Source: Candidatus Thorarchaeota archaeon
GTDB taxonomy: Archaea > Asgardarchaeota > Thorarchaeia > Thorarchaeales > Thorarchaeaceae
Reading direction: 5' to 3'
NCBI GenBank assembly: GCA_048882045.1
Contig: JBHLRZ010000003.1
Coordinates: 32,001-96,000 of the forward strand
DNA length: 64,000 nucleotides
In this document: positions 10,347 through 20,511 of the stretch, piece after piece
How the letters are laid out: each line of letters starts with the position of its first letter
How positions within the stretch are numbered: the stretch's first letter is position 1
Program-made: the position numbers and the translations under genes
Notes under the pieces: model-generated
Told to the model about the DNA's origin: nothing
The model's input: the letters and a program-made list of their open reading frames with translations, nothing else
The model's database searches: none

Positions 10347-10523
10347 ATCTTGTAAATGTCCTTGCTTGAGTACGTACGATTTCGAGATTGAAATCGCCTT
10401 ATGTTTCTTGCCCCTACCCTCGCTAAGCTTCATTATGGTGGGCTATAGGACTATAACCACCTTCGACATACTTAATTTAAACTTTAACCATATATTAATT
10501 CCAGGCAGTGGTGAAAGGTCAAG

Positions 10524-10814
10524 TTGACAGAAGTGAAAGTGAAATTGATGAACAAGGGTCTCAAATACGATGAGCACAACATGTTCACTTTCGAAATTAA
10601 GGATAATGCAACCGTTCGAGACCTCATGGAAGACCTCCACAAAGAGTATGGAGAGAGGTTTGAAGTCTACTTAGAAGATGTCGAAGAGAAGAAACTCAGA
10701 AGAGACGCAATCGTAGTTGTCAATGGAATGAACATGGTTGCTAAGAAAGGGGTAAAGACCAAGCTGTCAAAGGGAGACCTAGTTGTCTTCATGATAGCTG
10801 CTGTTGGTGGATAA
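10524..10814 (+). CDS. MoaD/ThiS/SAMP ubiquitin-like protein
   Basis: 96 aa beta-grasp pattern (ATVRDL...IVVVNG...LSKGDLV) ending in VGG. Confidence 0.9.
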   Translation: MTEVKVKLMNKGLKYDEHNMFTFEIKDNATVRDLMEDLHKEYGERFEVYLEDVEEKKLRRDAIVVVNGMNMVAKKGVKTKLSKGDLVVFMIAAVGG

Positions 10815-10821
10815 AGCCCTG

Positions 10822-12018
10822 TCAATCTTCTGGGAAGTAGTCCGATTCAAGTATCTCTGGATCAACCAATCCTGCTGAAACAGCCATTATCTCAGCCACA
10901 TCAAGAACTCTAGTCTCTAGATTAGCCATATATGTCCCTGTTGTCAGATTCATCTCACAGGCAGGGCAAATAGTTGAAATCAGCTCTGCACCACTCTCAA
11001 CAAAGTCACTCATTCTCTCAGCAGCCACACTGTCGGAATAGTCAGGGTACATGATTTTGCATCCTCCACCTCCACCACAACAGAATGCATGTTCCCTGTT
11101 TCTAGACATCTCTACGAACTCGACTCCAGGGATGGCTTCAAGCACTTTCCGTGGCGGGTCATAGATATCCTTGTAGCGACCGATCTCACACGGATCATGG
11201 TAAGAGACTTTTTTATTTACAGGAGTCTTGAGCTTCAGTTTCTTCTTCTCAACTATCTCAAGAAGGACCTCACTTGTGTGACGCACCTTGATAGGTAATG
11301 CTTCAATTTCCAAGAGATGAGGATACTCCTCGTCAAAGGCTCTATAGCAGCTAGGACAGGGGGTGATAATCTCCTTCACACCACGGTCCTGTAGTTTCTT
11401 TAGGTAGGACTTTGCGTACTCTTGCGCATTCTCCATCTTTCCTGTAACCCAATAAGGCGTCCCACAACAGGTCTGTTCATCTCCTAGAAAGTCTAGATCA
11501 TATCCTGCTGCCTGAAGGAGTCGTACAAGGATGTTGGTCTTCTCTTTGAATCTATGACTGGCCAAGCATCCCGGATAGAATAGAGTTCCAGATCCCTCAT
11601 TGAACTCAAGACCATCAGCCCATTTGGTATGATCTTTGGGAGGATCAGCAAAGATGTTTCCAGCGGAGGTCACTGTATCAGCCATTTTTTTCCCACCCTC
11701 AGGAATATTGATACCCTTGTCAACAAAGTCCTGACGCATCGCCTTGGTTATCGCAATCACATCTATCTGAGCTGCTTTCTTGCACTCTTCTCTACATCTA
11801 CCGCACATGAAACATCCAAAGATACGTTCCGCTAGGTCCTCAGAGTATTCCAACTTCCCTTCAAGAATGGCTCTTGCAATGGCCATACGACCTCTTGCTG
11901 TCGAGGATTCCCAATGCTGAGTGAAGATCTCAGGGCATCTGTCATTGTAGTCAAAACCCCTGCAGAACTCACATCGTCCACAGGCATAGATCATATCCTT
12001 GTATTGCTCAATCTTCAT
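10822..12018 (-). CDS. Fe-S oxidoreductase, GlpC/GlcF/HdrD-like (4Fe-4S + two CCG domains)
   Basis: CGRCEFC, CFMCGRC, TCCG, YHDPC, FCCGGGGG and CPAC motifs. Confidence 0.9.
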   Translation of the reverse strand: MKIEQYKDMIYACGRCEFCRGFDYNDRCPEIFTQHWESSTARGRMAIARAILEGKLEYSEDLAERIFGCFMCGRCREECKKAAQIDVIAITKAMRQDFVDKGINIPEGGKKMADTVTSAGNIFADPPKDHTKWADGLEFNEGSGTLFYPGCLASHRFKEKTNILVRLLQAAGYDLDFLGDEQTCCGTPYWVTGKMENAQEYAKSYLKKLQDRGVKEIITPCPSCYRAFDEEYPHLLEIEALPIKVRHTSEVLLEIVEKKKLKLKTPVNKKVSYHDPCEIGRYKDIYDPPRKVLEAIPGVEFVEMSRNREHAFCCGGGGGCKIMYPDYSDSVAAERMSDFVESGAELISTICPACEMNLTTGTYMANLETRVLDVAEIMAVSAGLVDPEILESDYFPED

Positions 12019-13406
12019 TTCAGTTCCTCCTCTGGAATGAATATTCCACGTTGCAGTATGTTCTTGGGATCTAGTGTCTTCTTGAGAGTCTTGAGAAGTC
12101 GGTAGTAGCCTGTGTCATGTTCTGCGACAAATCTTCTGAGACCGTCACGTCCACCAATACCATAGGGAACCACTGGTCCCCTAAGTGTGATCTCGTCAAT
12201 CTCATCGGCCATCTTCACTAACTCTTTCCACTCATCCGGTTCATTGTAGTTAGTGACCATGAAAGCAAGCCAGTCTCTTGGAAGGATCTGTCCTCCAAAT
12301 CCAGCTTTAGTGTAACCCCTCTTCTCGATGACCTCTTCTTTCCAAATCTTGTAGAGGAATTTTATGTCGTCAATTCGAAGAGACCCTGCACCAAAGAAAT
12401 GCCAGACTCCTGTATTGAACAGGTCTGTAAGTCCTGTAAGGATTCTACCAAAATAGTCATCAGCAGGAGCGCGGTCTCCTATCTCGCCGCCCAACTCGCT
12501 AATCTTCTCGACTATCTTCTTCTTTCTATGGTCGACAATCTCTCTCTCATAACCAAATATGTCCATCATCAGGAAGAAAACGTCGGGAGCGGACGGGTCA
12601 CACCACAAATAGATTCCCTGCATGTATTCGTCACCAACGTGTTTATTGATAAAGTGACCAAACTCAATTACATCATCAAGTGTCTTCATCGTCGCTGTGA
12701 GTCGCTCTGAGATATCAGTCACAGGGCGAATTCTGACAGATAGCTCTGTACAGACTCCTAGGATTCCTTCTGCCCCTATGAACATTCCAGCCAGATCAGG
12801 TCCAAGACACTGTCGTTTGAATTTACCAGCACTCGGCCAAGCAGCTGATCCGGTTTCTACAATGTCCCCATTTGGAAGAACCATCTCAAGTGTTACAATG
12901 TCATCCTTGCCATGAAAACCAAACTTAGCTGTGGAGTGTGGTCCTCCACCCGCTTTCATGACTGAGCCACCAACTGTCATAGCAGGGCCTCCAGCTTCAC
13001 TACAGAGGTATGTAAGACCTTTATTTCTCAGTTCCCGGTCTAACTTGGCCCAAGTACAATTCGGTTGAACGGTAGCAACAAGGTCTCGCTCGTTAATCTC
13101 AACAATCTTGTTCATCCGACCAAGATCAAGCATGATTCCTGGTTCTTGCGGGAGGTAGGCATCCCAATGGGAAGTTCCTCCACCTCGAATATAGACAGGA
13201 ACGTTCTGCTCATTAGCAATCTTGAGAATCGCTTGTATCTCCTCTCGGGATTCCGGCAAGACAACATGAGTAGGCATCTTCTGATCTGCTGGACTAAGGT
13301 CACGGCTGTAAGGGATCATGTCGAAGTCCCTGTCAGTGACTCGACTTGGGGATACAGCCTCTTGCAGAAGAGCAGTGACCTTCTTGATATCGACCATGGT
13401 TTTCAC
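12015..13406 (-). CDS. FAD-linked oxidoreductase (GlcD/D-lactate dehydrogenase family)
   Basis: RGGGTS FAD loop, GAEGILGV and LKKTLDPKNIL; overlaps the Fe-S gene by 4 nt. Confidence 0.85.
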   Translation of the reverse strand: MKTMVDIKKVTALLQEAVSPSRVTDRDFDMIPYSRDLSPADQKMPTHVVLPESREEIQAILKIANEQNVPVYIRGGGTSHWDAYLPQEPGIMLDLGRMNKIVEINERDLVATVQPNCTWAKLDRELRNKGLTYLCSEAGGPAMTVGGSVMKAGGGPHSTAKFGFHGKDDIVTLEMVLPNGDIVETGSAAWPSAGKFKRQCLGPDLAGMFIGAEGILGVCTELSVRIRPVTDISERLTATMKTLDDVIEFGHFINKHVGDEYMQGIYLWCDPSAPDVFFLMMDIFGYEREIVDHRKKKIVEKISELGGEIGDRAPADDYFGRILTGLTDLFNTGVWHFFGAGSLRIDDIKFLYKIWKEEVIEKRGYTKAGFGGQILPRDWLAFMVTNYNEPDEWKELVKMADEIDEITLRGPVVPYGIGGRDGLRRFVAEHDTGYYRLLKTLKKTLDPKNILQRGIFIPEEELK

Positions 13407-13504
13407 TCCTCAGAGTACTGGAAAGGAGGAATGACCTACCGATTTATTAAAGACTGCGGTCTTTGTCCAATTTAACATCCATTAATGAGATTGGTGAAAC
13501 TCAG

Positions 13505-14632
13505 ATGAAGTCACGAGAGCGATTTCATGCTACAGTCAATCACGAAGAACCAGACAGGGTTCCGCTTGATTATTGGACAACTCCACAAGCATATGAGAAC
13601 CTCAGGGACTATCTTGGTATTACAGCACCAGAAACCCAAGAGTGGGGAATTATGTCTGAGTGGAAGACATCTGAGCAGTTGCTGCAAAGACTGGATATTG
13701 ATTTCAGAAGAGTGTATATGAAGACCTCATCGAGTTTCAAACCAGGCCCTCTTCCTGATGGATCCATCGAAACCGAGTTCAAATGTGGTGTGAAGCTAAT
13801 TGGGGGATATCATGAGGTAACGTATTATCCATGGGCTGAATTCACGGAGGTGGAGCAGGTTGAGGAATTTGACTGGATAGATCCCGATGATTCCTCAAAG
13901 ATGGATGGTGTGTTGGAATGGGCTAAGTACCTACATGAGGAAACTGACTATGCAGTGGTTGGAATGGTGGGGGGTCCATGGGGTGTGTTTGAGGTTGTTG
14001 CACATTATATGAGAGGATTTGACAAGTTTCTCATTGACCTCCTCAAGAGGCCAGACCTTGCAGAGGCAATGATGGATAAGAGTATGGAACTTGCACTGGA
14101 GTTGAATCGAGTTCTCTTAGATGAGGTCGGAGATTTTCTTGACATTGTGCAGGTGGGTGATGACTTGGGCCATCAGGATGGACTTCTGATCAGCCCGAGA
14201 ATATATCGAAAATTGATCAAACACAGACACAAGAAGCTCTACTCTGACATTCACCGGCGGGCTCCACATGTGAAAATTCTCTATCACTCATGCGGTGCAA
14301 TAGAACCAATGATTGAAGATCTGATCGAGGTTGATGTAGATATTCTTAATCCGATTCAACCTCTGGCCAAAGGGATGGATTCTATAGGTCTAAAAGAGAA
14401 ATATGGTGAGAGGCTTACGTTCCATGGGGGTATCGACCTACAAAGGGCAATGTCATCACAAGGAACTATAGAAGATGTACGTCGAGAGGTCGAAACCAGA
14501 CTCAAAGCTCTTGCTCCAGGAGGGGGATATATTCTCGCTCCTGCACACAACATTCAGCCAGAATCTACTCCTGAAAAGATACTAACTCTCTATGACTACG
14601 CAAAGGAGAAGGGGATCTATCCCATCTCCTGA
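13505..14632 (+). CDS. Uroporphyrinogen decarboxylase / MtaA-CmuA family protein
   Basis: EPDRVP, GDDLG, YHSCG, FHGGID and GGGYILAPAHNIQ motifs. The ATG at 13505 follows GGTGA. Confidence 0.85.
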   Translation: MKSRERFHATVNHEEPDRVPLDYWTTPQAYENLRDYLGITAPETQEWGIMSEWKTSEQLLQRLDIDFRRVYMKTSSSFKPGPLPDGSIETEFKCGVKLIGGYHEVTYYPWAEFTEVEQVEEFDWIDPDDSSKMDGVLEWAKYLHEETDYAVVGMVGGPWGVFEVVAHYMRGFDKFLIDLLKRPDLAEAMMDKSMELALELNRVLLDEVGDFLDIVQVGDDLGHQDGLLISPRIYRKLIKHRHKKLYSDIHRRAPHVKILYHSCGAIEPMIEDLIEVDVDILNPIQPLAKGMDSIGLKEKYGERLTFHGGIDLQRAMSSQGTIEDVRREVETRLKALAPGGGYILAPAHNIQPESTPEKILTLYDYAKEKGIYPIS

Positions 14633-15319
14633 TCAAGGAATAGGTTTCTCTTTGTGAAGGTCATAGGGATCATCACCTTCATCCAATTTCTCAGCCCACC
14701 ATTCGTCAGTCCTTACGACCTTTTCAGCATGTTTGAGTACATCTTCGATTTTATCATGAGGAATGGCTACGACTCCATCTCCATCACCAAATATGAGATC
14801 TCCTGGATGAACAGTAACTCCACCGCAGACGATGGGTTTCTGAACTGACTCCATATCCAAGCGACCACGCATAGTTCCTGGATGACGACCTCGGGCAAAC
14901 ACAGCGAAGTCCATCTTGTCTATATCATAGATGTCTCTGGATGTACCATCAACCACTGCTCCTCTGACTCCCTTTGACTTTCCAATCTTGGTCAAGATCT
15001 GACCCCAAGTAGAACAGTCAGTTGCGCCAGCTTGGTCTATAACAATGACATCGCCTTCGGTCGCGTCAGTTCCAAGGCTCATGAAGGTCTCAAGTTGTTT
15101 TTCATCGTATGGTTTCGTTGATGAGGATCGAACCATTTTTCCTGTCCTGGCAAATCCAGCTATCCTGTTGCTCTTAGTGAGAGGTTTGATCTCTCTGTCC
15201 ATGCAAACTCTGCCTAGTCCAATCTCATCTGCGGCATCTGATAATGCCGCCACATAGAGATTCAATGTTCGTGTGATTATTGCAATTCTCTCTTCTCGCA
15301 TCATCAATCTCTCTCCCAT
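14633..15319 (-). CDS. RraA family / 4-hydroxy-4-methyl-2-oxoglutarate aldolase-like protein
   Basis: LSDA, WGQIL, GAVVDGTSRD and VHPGDLIFGDGDGVV motifs. Confidence 0.85.
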   Translation of the reverse strand: MGERLMMREERIAIITRTLNLYVAALSDAADEIGLGRVCMDREIKPLTKSNRIAGFARTGKMVRSSSTKPYDEKQLETFMSLGTDATEGDVIVIDQAGATDCSTWGQILTKIGKSKGVRGAVVDGTSRDIYDIDKMDFAVFARGRHPGTMRGRLDMESVQKPIVCGGVTVHPGDLIFGDGDGVVAIPHDKIEDVLKHAEKVVRTDEWWAEKLDEGDDPYDLHKEKPIP

Positions 15320-15777
15320 CTGTAGATACAGTAATCATCCCCACGCATCATGCATTTTGGAATTGTCATCCGAAATTCAGGGTCAACAGCCTGTCCTATG
15401 CCTTCGTCAATCTTAGTGACCCATTCACATATGTCAGACCCCGCACCTTTTCCCTTGAATCCTTCCAACCATGGGCAGTAGGTGACCTTTAGGTCGAACC
15501 TCTTGTCAGTCATATCACTAATCGAGAGTTCGAAACCAAAGTAGGGATGAGCACCATCGAAAAACTCAAAGATTGACCCATAGTCCCCAACTCTTAGTCC
15601 CCCTTGTTCGACAGCTGCTTTGCCAAGTTCCAAACCATGCAATCGATTGGCTTCACCTATCTCTTTGAGACCAGCCTCTCCATAGCGTCTGCGAACAGAT
15701 TCCACATAGATTGTATGCGTTTCTGCAAGTGTGGTCATACTTGCTCTTCGAACGTCATCAGCACTAGGACCGGGCAT
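15304..15777 (-). CDS. ATC-hydrolase/V4R-like small-ligand-binding protein
   Basis: VTYCPW...IC...D...CMMRGDDYC cysteine pattern. Confidence 0.65.
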   Translation of the reverse strand: MPGPSADDVRRASMTTLAETHTIYVESVRRRYGEAGLKEIGEANRLHGLELGKAAVEQGGLRVGDYGSIFEFFDGAHPYFGFELSISDMTDKRFDLKVTYCPWLEGFKGKGAGSDICEWVTKIDEGIGQAVDPEFRMTIPKCMMRGDDYCIYRWERD

Positions 15778-15902
15778 AAACGACTGAATTATACAAGTCT
15801 CTTAAAACTCCTCTTAATTCTAGTCGGAGTTTGTTAAAGTAATAGGTCCTTTCGAGAGATTATTAACGGGGTCTGACTCCGACACATTTGCAGGTGGTAT
15901 AG

Positions 15903-17060
15903 TTGCTCGCAGAGAGAAACATTGATGTTCCCGCTAGCGAAATCCGAAAGATCTTCAACAAGATCATCGGAAGGACAGATGTCTTTGACATGACTGTTGG
16001 AATTCCTGATTTTGATACTCCTCAGCACATCAAAGATGCAGCAAAACAAGCCATTGATGAGGGCTATACAACCTACACACACAATGCTGGATACATAGAA
16101 ACTAGAGAGGCTATTGCTAAGAAGCTCGAGCGTGACAACGAAATCACGGCAGATCCAGAAACGGAGCTCATTCTGACAGCAGGAGGGATGGGTGCGCTAG
16201 TCCTAGCAAACCTGGTCTTGGTGAATCCCGGAGACGAAGTAATCTACCCAGATCCAGGGTTTGTAAGTCATTTTGCGCATATCAAACTGGCAGGAGGAGA
16301 ACCGGTTCCAATCCAATTGAAGAGAGAGAATGGGTTTGGAATCACTGCAGAGGACGTAGAGTCCCTAATCACTCCTAAGACCAAGATGCTAGTCATGAAC
16401 TTTCCAAATAACCCAACTGGAGGTGTAATATCCAATGGGGAACTTAGAAAGATTGCTGAGCTGTGCATTGAGAAAGATATCTATGTAATAGCTGATGAGG
16501 CATATGAGAAGTTCAGATATGGTGATGATAAACCGTTATTCATAGGATCACTATCAGGTATGAAAGAGCGAACTTTGTCTGTCTTTTCTCTTTCGAAGAC
16601 ATATGCAATGACAGGTTGGAGAATTGCGGCAGCTACAGGTTCAAGTGAACTGATTGGAGCCATGACAAAGCTTCAGGAACATGTTATTGCAATGCCAACT
16701 ACGATTGCTCAGAAAGCCGCTGAAGCAGCAGCCACAGGACCACAAGATTGCGTAGCTGATATGCTTAGGACCTTCAAGAAGCGAAGAGACCTCATCACCA
16801 AGGGACTCAATGACATTGAGGGGGTAGAGCTAGATCCCCCTGGTGGAGCTTTCTATGCATTTCCAGATGTGTCATCATATGGTATCAAATCATTCGACTT
16901 GGTCCATCAAATCCTCAAAGAAACCAATGTCGTCACTGTTCATGGTACAGCATTTGGTCATTTCGGGGAGGGATTCCTCCGGTTGTGCTACGCTGTTTCT
17001 ACTGAAAGAATCAATGAGGCACTTAGTAGACTCGATTCATACTTACCTAAGTTACTCTGA
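15903..17060 (+). CDS. PLP-dependent class I/II aminotransferase (AspC-like)
   Basis: GIPDFDTP, NFPNNPTG, DEAY, SLSKTYAMTGWRI (PLP Lys) and GEGFLRL motifs. Confidence 0.95.
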   Translation: MLAERNIDVPASEIRKIFNKIIGRTDVFDMTVGIPDFDTPQHIKDAAKQAIDEGYTTYTHNAGYIETREAIAKKLERDNEITADPETELILTAGGMGALVLANLVLVNPGDEVIYPDPGFVSHFAHIKLAGGEPVPIQLKRENGFGITAEDVESLITPKTKMLVMNFPNNPTGGVISNGELRKIAELCIEKDIYVIADEAYEKFRYGDDKPLFIGSLSGMKERTLSVFSLSKTYAMTGWRIAAATGSSELIGAMTKLQEHVIAMPTTIAQKAAEAAATGPQDCVADMLRTFKKRRDLITKGLNDIEGVELDPPGGAFYAFPDVSSYGIKSFDLVHQILKETNVVTVHGTAFGHFGEGFLRLCYAVSTERINEALSRLDSYLPKLL

Positions 17061-17069
17061 TTTTGCTCT

Positions 17070-19433
17070 ATGGGAAAAGTAAAGAATACAGAAGTGAATG
17101 TGTTTAGAATGACTTCCCGCAGTCAGCGAATAAAACAACGGATGCTTGATTCCGAACCTACGATATCAGCGGAAAGAGCAGTCCTATTCACAGAGTATGT
17201 TAAGCAGCACTGGTCAGAACCTACAATGACCCGTCTTGCGGGAGGATTTGCCCACGTCCTTGATAACATGACAATTCGCATCTTACCGGATGAATTGATT
17301 GTTGGCAACATGGGACCTACACCTAGGTCCTGTCAGATTTTCCCCGAGTACAGTTGGAAATGGATCGAGGAGGAGTTAGACCGATTTGAGAGTAGGAGGA
17401 CCGAGAAGTTCGTTATCAGTGAAGAGGATAAGTCTAAACTTAGGGAAGTCTTTGGTTTCTGGGAAGGAAAGAGCACCTCAGAAATTGCGTACCAACGAAT
17501 ACCAGACAGGCCTGTAAAAGCATCAAAGGCGGGTCTATTTACGATAGGAGCACCCGGAACTGGAATAGGTCATGTAATCGTAGATTACGAGAAAGTCATT
17601 ACGAGGGGTCTCAATAGCATTCTCAAACAGATAATGGCAAAAGACTCCGAATTCTACAATGCAGTTAGGGTAGAGATAGAAGCTGTAATAAGATTCTCAG
17701 AGAGATTCTCCTCGTTAGCTGCTAAAGAAGCTGAGAGGGAAGAGGAACCAAAGAGGAAAGCTGAACTTGAGGAAATCTCTCGAATCTGCGCGAAGGTTCC
17801 TGCTGAACCAGCTGAGTCATTCCATGAAGCGCTCCAGTCTTTCTGGTTCATTCACCTTCTGATTCAGACCGAATCAAATGGTCATTCGATGTCAACAGGA
17901 CGATTCGATCAGTATCTATTCCCATATTATAATGAAGACATCAAGTCTGGAAAATTGAAACGAGAGGAGGCAGTTGAACTCCTCGAACTTCTATGGGTGA
18001 AGTTTACTTCATTGATTAAATTGCGCAATGAATACTATAGCATTGCTTTTGCTGGCCACCCGATGTTTCAGAACCTCACCATTGGAGGTCAAGATGAAAA
18101 CGGAAAAGACGCTTCGAATGAACTAACGAAATTAATTCTTGAAGTAACTGGGAACATCAGAGTCACACAACCCAGTGTTTCATATAGATGGCACAAGAAA
18201 ACACCTGAAGACATCAGATTCATGATAGTCGATGTTATTTCCAAAGGTCTTGGGATGCCAGGTCTCTTCAATGACGATGCAATCATACCTATGATGCTGG
18301 AAAAGAAGAGCGAGTCCACAGATGCAATGGATTACTCAATACTTGGGTGTGTTGAACCCATAGTTGGCGGGAAATCAGACCCGCGTCAGAACATTGGATA
18401 TGTGAATCTACCCAAAATCTTGGAGATCACGTTGAACAATGGAAGAGACCCAAAAAATGGCGAACTTGTAGGAAGAGAAACTGGTGATCCAAGAGAGTTT
18501 AAGTCATTTAATGAGTTGTGGATAGCTTTCACAGAGCAGGTCGACTATACAATCGAACTTCTTACTACAGCTGACAAAATTACTGCAGGAGTCCACGTCG
18601 ATCACACTCCCACACCATTCATATCTTCTCTACTCGAAGGAAGTCTGGATTCTGGAAAATCCATGCAAGAAGGTGGTGTGAAATACAACTCAGGCGGAAT
18701 TATGGGAGTTGGAATTGCTATCGTCGCAGATTCATTAGAGGTCCTCAGAAAATATGTCTTTGAAAAGCAAGAGATCACAATGGATGAGTTAATTCAGGTT
18801 ATGGCAGATGACTGGAACGGACACGAGGAACTCAGAGTCAAGTTTGAAAACGATCCTGCAAAGTATGGAAATGACATAGAACGTGTTGACTACCTCGCAA
18901 GAGATACAGGGAAGACATTCTGCGAATCAATTCAGAGTCGGATGACAACACGTGGTGGTCCATACCATGGAGCGTTGTTCTCAGTATCTATGTATATCCC
19001 TCAAGGAGAGGTGCTTGGAGCAACACCGGATGGTCGTAAAGCTGGTTACATGCTCTCCGACGGTGTTTCACCAACACAGAATAGGGATGTTAATGGACCC
19101 ACTGCTGCAATGAAGTCTGTTGCACGACTCGACCATTCCAAATGCTACAATGGAACGTTGTACAACATGAAGTTTTCACCTGACTTCTTTAGCAATGAGT
19201 CCCATCGGCGTAAATTCATCGGAATGATTGATGCATACTTTGAGATGGGAGGATTACATCTCCAATTCAATGTGGTTTCAAAGGAGACCCTTGAGGATGC
19301 AAAGGTCAATCCATTGCAACACAGAGACCTCATTGTAAGAGTTGCTGGATATAGTGCATACTTCATCGAATTGGATCCCTTCGTCCAGGATGAAGTTATT
19401 GCTAGGACAGAGTTTTCGAGTTCACATGTTTAA
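17070..19433 (+). CDS. Glycyl radical enzyme, dehydratase/eliminase-type (single-Cys PFL2-like)
   Basis: Cys loop GCVEP, glycyl radical loop IVRVAGYSAYF, GRFDQY and ATPDGR. Confidence 0.95.
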   Translation: MGKVKNTEVNVFRMTSRSQRIKQRMLDSEPTISAERAVLFTEYVKQHWSEPTMTRLAGGFAHVLDNMTIRILPDELIVGNMGPTPRSCQIFPEYSWKWIEEELDRFESRRTEKFVISEEDKSKLREVFGFWEGKSTSEIAYQRIPDRPVKASKAGLFTIGAPGTGIGHVIVDYEKVITRGLNSILKQIMAKDSEFYNAVRVEIEAVIRFSERFSSLAAKEAEREEEPKRKAELEEISRICAKVPAEPAESFHEALQSFWFIHLLIQTESNGHSMSTGRFDQYLFPYYNEDIKSGKLKREEAVELLELLWVKFTSLIKLRNEYYSIAFAGHPMFQNLTIGGQDENGKDASNELTKLILEVTGNIRVTQPSVSYRWHKKTPEDIRFMIVDVISKGLGMPGLFNDDAIIPMMLEKKSESTDAMDYSILGCVEPIVGGKSDPRQNIGYVNLPKILEITLNNGRDPKNGELVGRETGDPREFKSFNELWIAFTEQVDYTIELLTTADKITAGVHVDHTPTPFISSLLEGSLDSGKSMQEGGVKYNSGGIMGVGIAIVADSLEVLRKYVFEKQEITMDELIQVMADDWNGHEELRVKFENDPAKYGNDIERVDYLARDTGKTFCESIQSRMTTRGGPYHGALFSVSMYIPQGEVLGATPDGRKAGYMLSDGVSPTQNRDVNGPTAAMKSVARLDHSKCYNGTLYNMKFSPDFFSNESHRRKFIGMIDAYFEMGGLHLQFNVVSKETLEDAKVNPLQHRDLIVRVAGYSAYFIELDPFVQDEVIARTEFSSSHV

Positions 19434-19515
19434 GCTCGATCATTGAGTCAACGGCAGATTTAACATTTCCAGAGGACGTTCTATTGATTGTTGAACAGAG
19501 AGTGAGTTGTGACAG

Positions 19516-20511
19516 ATGGGTTACGACGTGGTCACCTTTGGAGAAGTGATGCTTCGACTCTCTCCACCTGACTTTATGCGCTTCGAACAGACACACAGCT
19601 TCAACGCTCATGCTGGAGGAGCTGAGATGAATGTAGCCGTTGCATGTGCTCGATTGGAACTCAGCTCGGCTTATGTCACTAAACTTGGAGACAATTCAAT
19701 TGGTCACTTCATTAGAAACAAAGCAAGAGAACATGGTGTTGATACATCGCACATCTTGTGGGACCCAGATAGTAGATGCGGGGTCTATTTTGTAGAGTTT
19801 GGAGCGGCTCCTAGAACCAACCGTGTCATCTATGATCGCAAGGAGTCTGCAATAAGCAAGATTAAACCAGGAGAGGTTGATTGGAAGAAAATCCTGAAGG
19901 GCACCAAACTCTTCCATACAAGCGGAATCACACCAGCGCTCAGCAAAAGCTGTGCAGAGGTTACCAGTGAGGCTCTTACTATTGCCCAAGAACAAGGAGC
20001 CAAAGTGTCGTATGATGTCAACTATCGAGGGAAACTTTGGACTCCCAAACAGGCACAGAAGTTCACTGAACCTGCGTCTGAAAGTATTGACATTCTGATT
20101 ACTACTGAAGAAGACACCAAGGTAGTCTATGGGATAGAAGGAAAAGACTACGAAGATGTAGCCGCCAAGCTCATCGACAAGTTCGGATTCGAGGTAGTAG
20201 TCATAACAATAAGAGAAACTCCTACTGTACTGCAAAACAAATGGTCTGTCTTTGCCTATTCCGATGGGAAAGTATACAGAAGTCCAACCTATGACGTAGA
20301 AGTTATCGACCGTCTTGGCGGAGGTGACTCATGTAGTGCTGGTTTCATCTATGGTTATCTAGAGCTAAAAGACTTGCAGAAAGCAGTTGATTTTGGTTCA
20401 GCATTCTCAGCATTGAAACACTCAGTTCCCGGAGACCTGGCATTTGTATACAAGTCAGAAGTCGAGAAACTAATCAAAGGTCGCGAACGAGGCCTTCGCA
20501 TTGATAGGTGA
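19516..20511 (+). CDS. kdgK: 2-keto-3-deoxygluconate kinase (PfkB family)
   Basis: FGEVMLRLSPP, GGAEMNVA, YDVNYRGKLW, DRLGGGD and ALKHSVPGD motifs. Confidence 0.85.
   Translation: MGYDVVTFGEVMLRLSPPDFMRFEQTHSFNAHAGGAEMNVAVACARLELSSAYVTKLGDNSIGHFIRNKAREHGVDTSHILWDPDSRCGVYFVEFGAAPRTNRVIYDRKESAISKIKPGEVDWKKILKGTKLFHTSGITPALSKSCAEVTSEALTIAQEQGAKVSYDVNYRGKLWTPKQAQKFTEPASESIDILITTEEDTKVVYGIEGKDYEDVAAKLIDKFGFEVVVITIRETPTVLQNKWSVFAYSDGKVYRSPTYDVEVIDRLGGGDSCSAGFIYGYLELKDLQKAVDFGSAFSALKHSVPGDLAFVYKSEVEKLIKGRERGLRIDR

Noticed and set aside
17070-19433. Annotation as pyruvate formate-lyase
   Set aside because: It lacks the adjacent Cys-Cys pair of true PFL; the single-Cys GCVE motif indicates an eliminase-type GRE.
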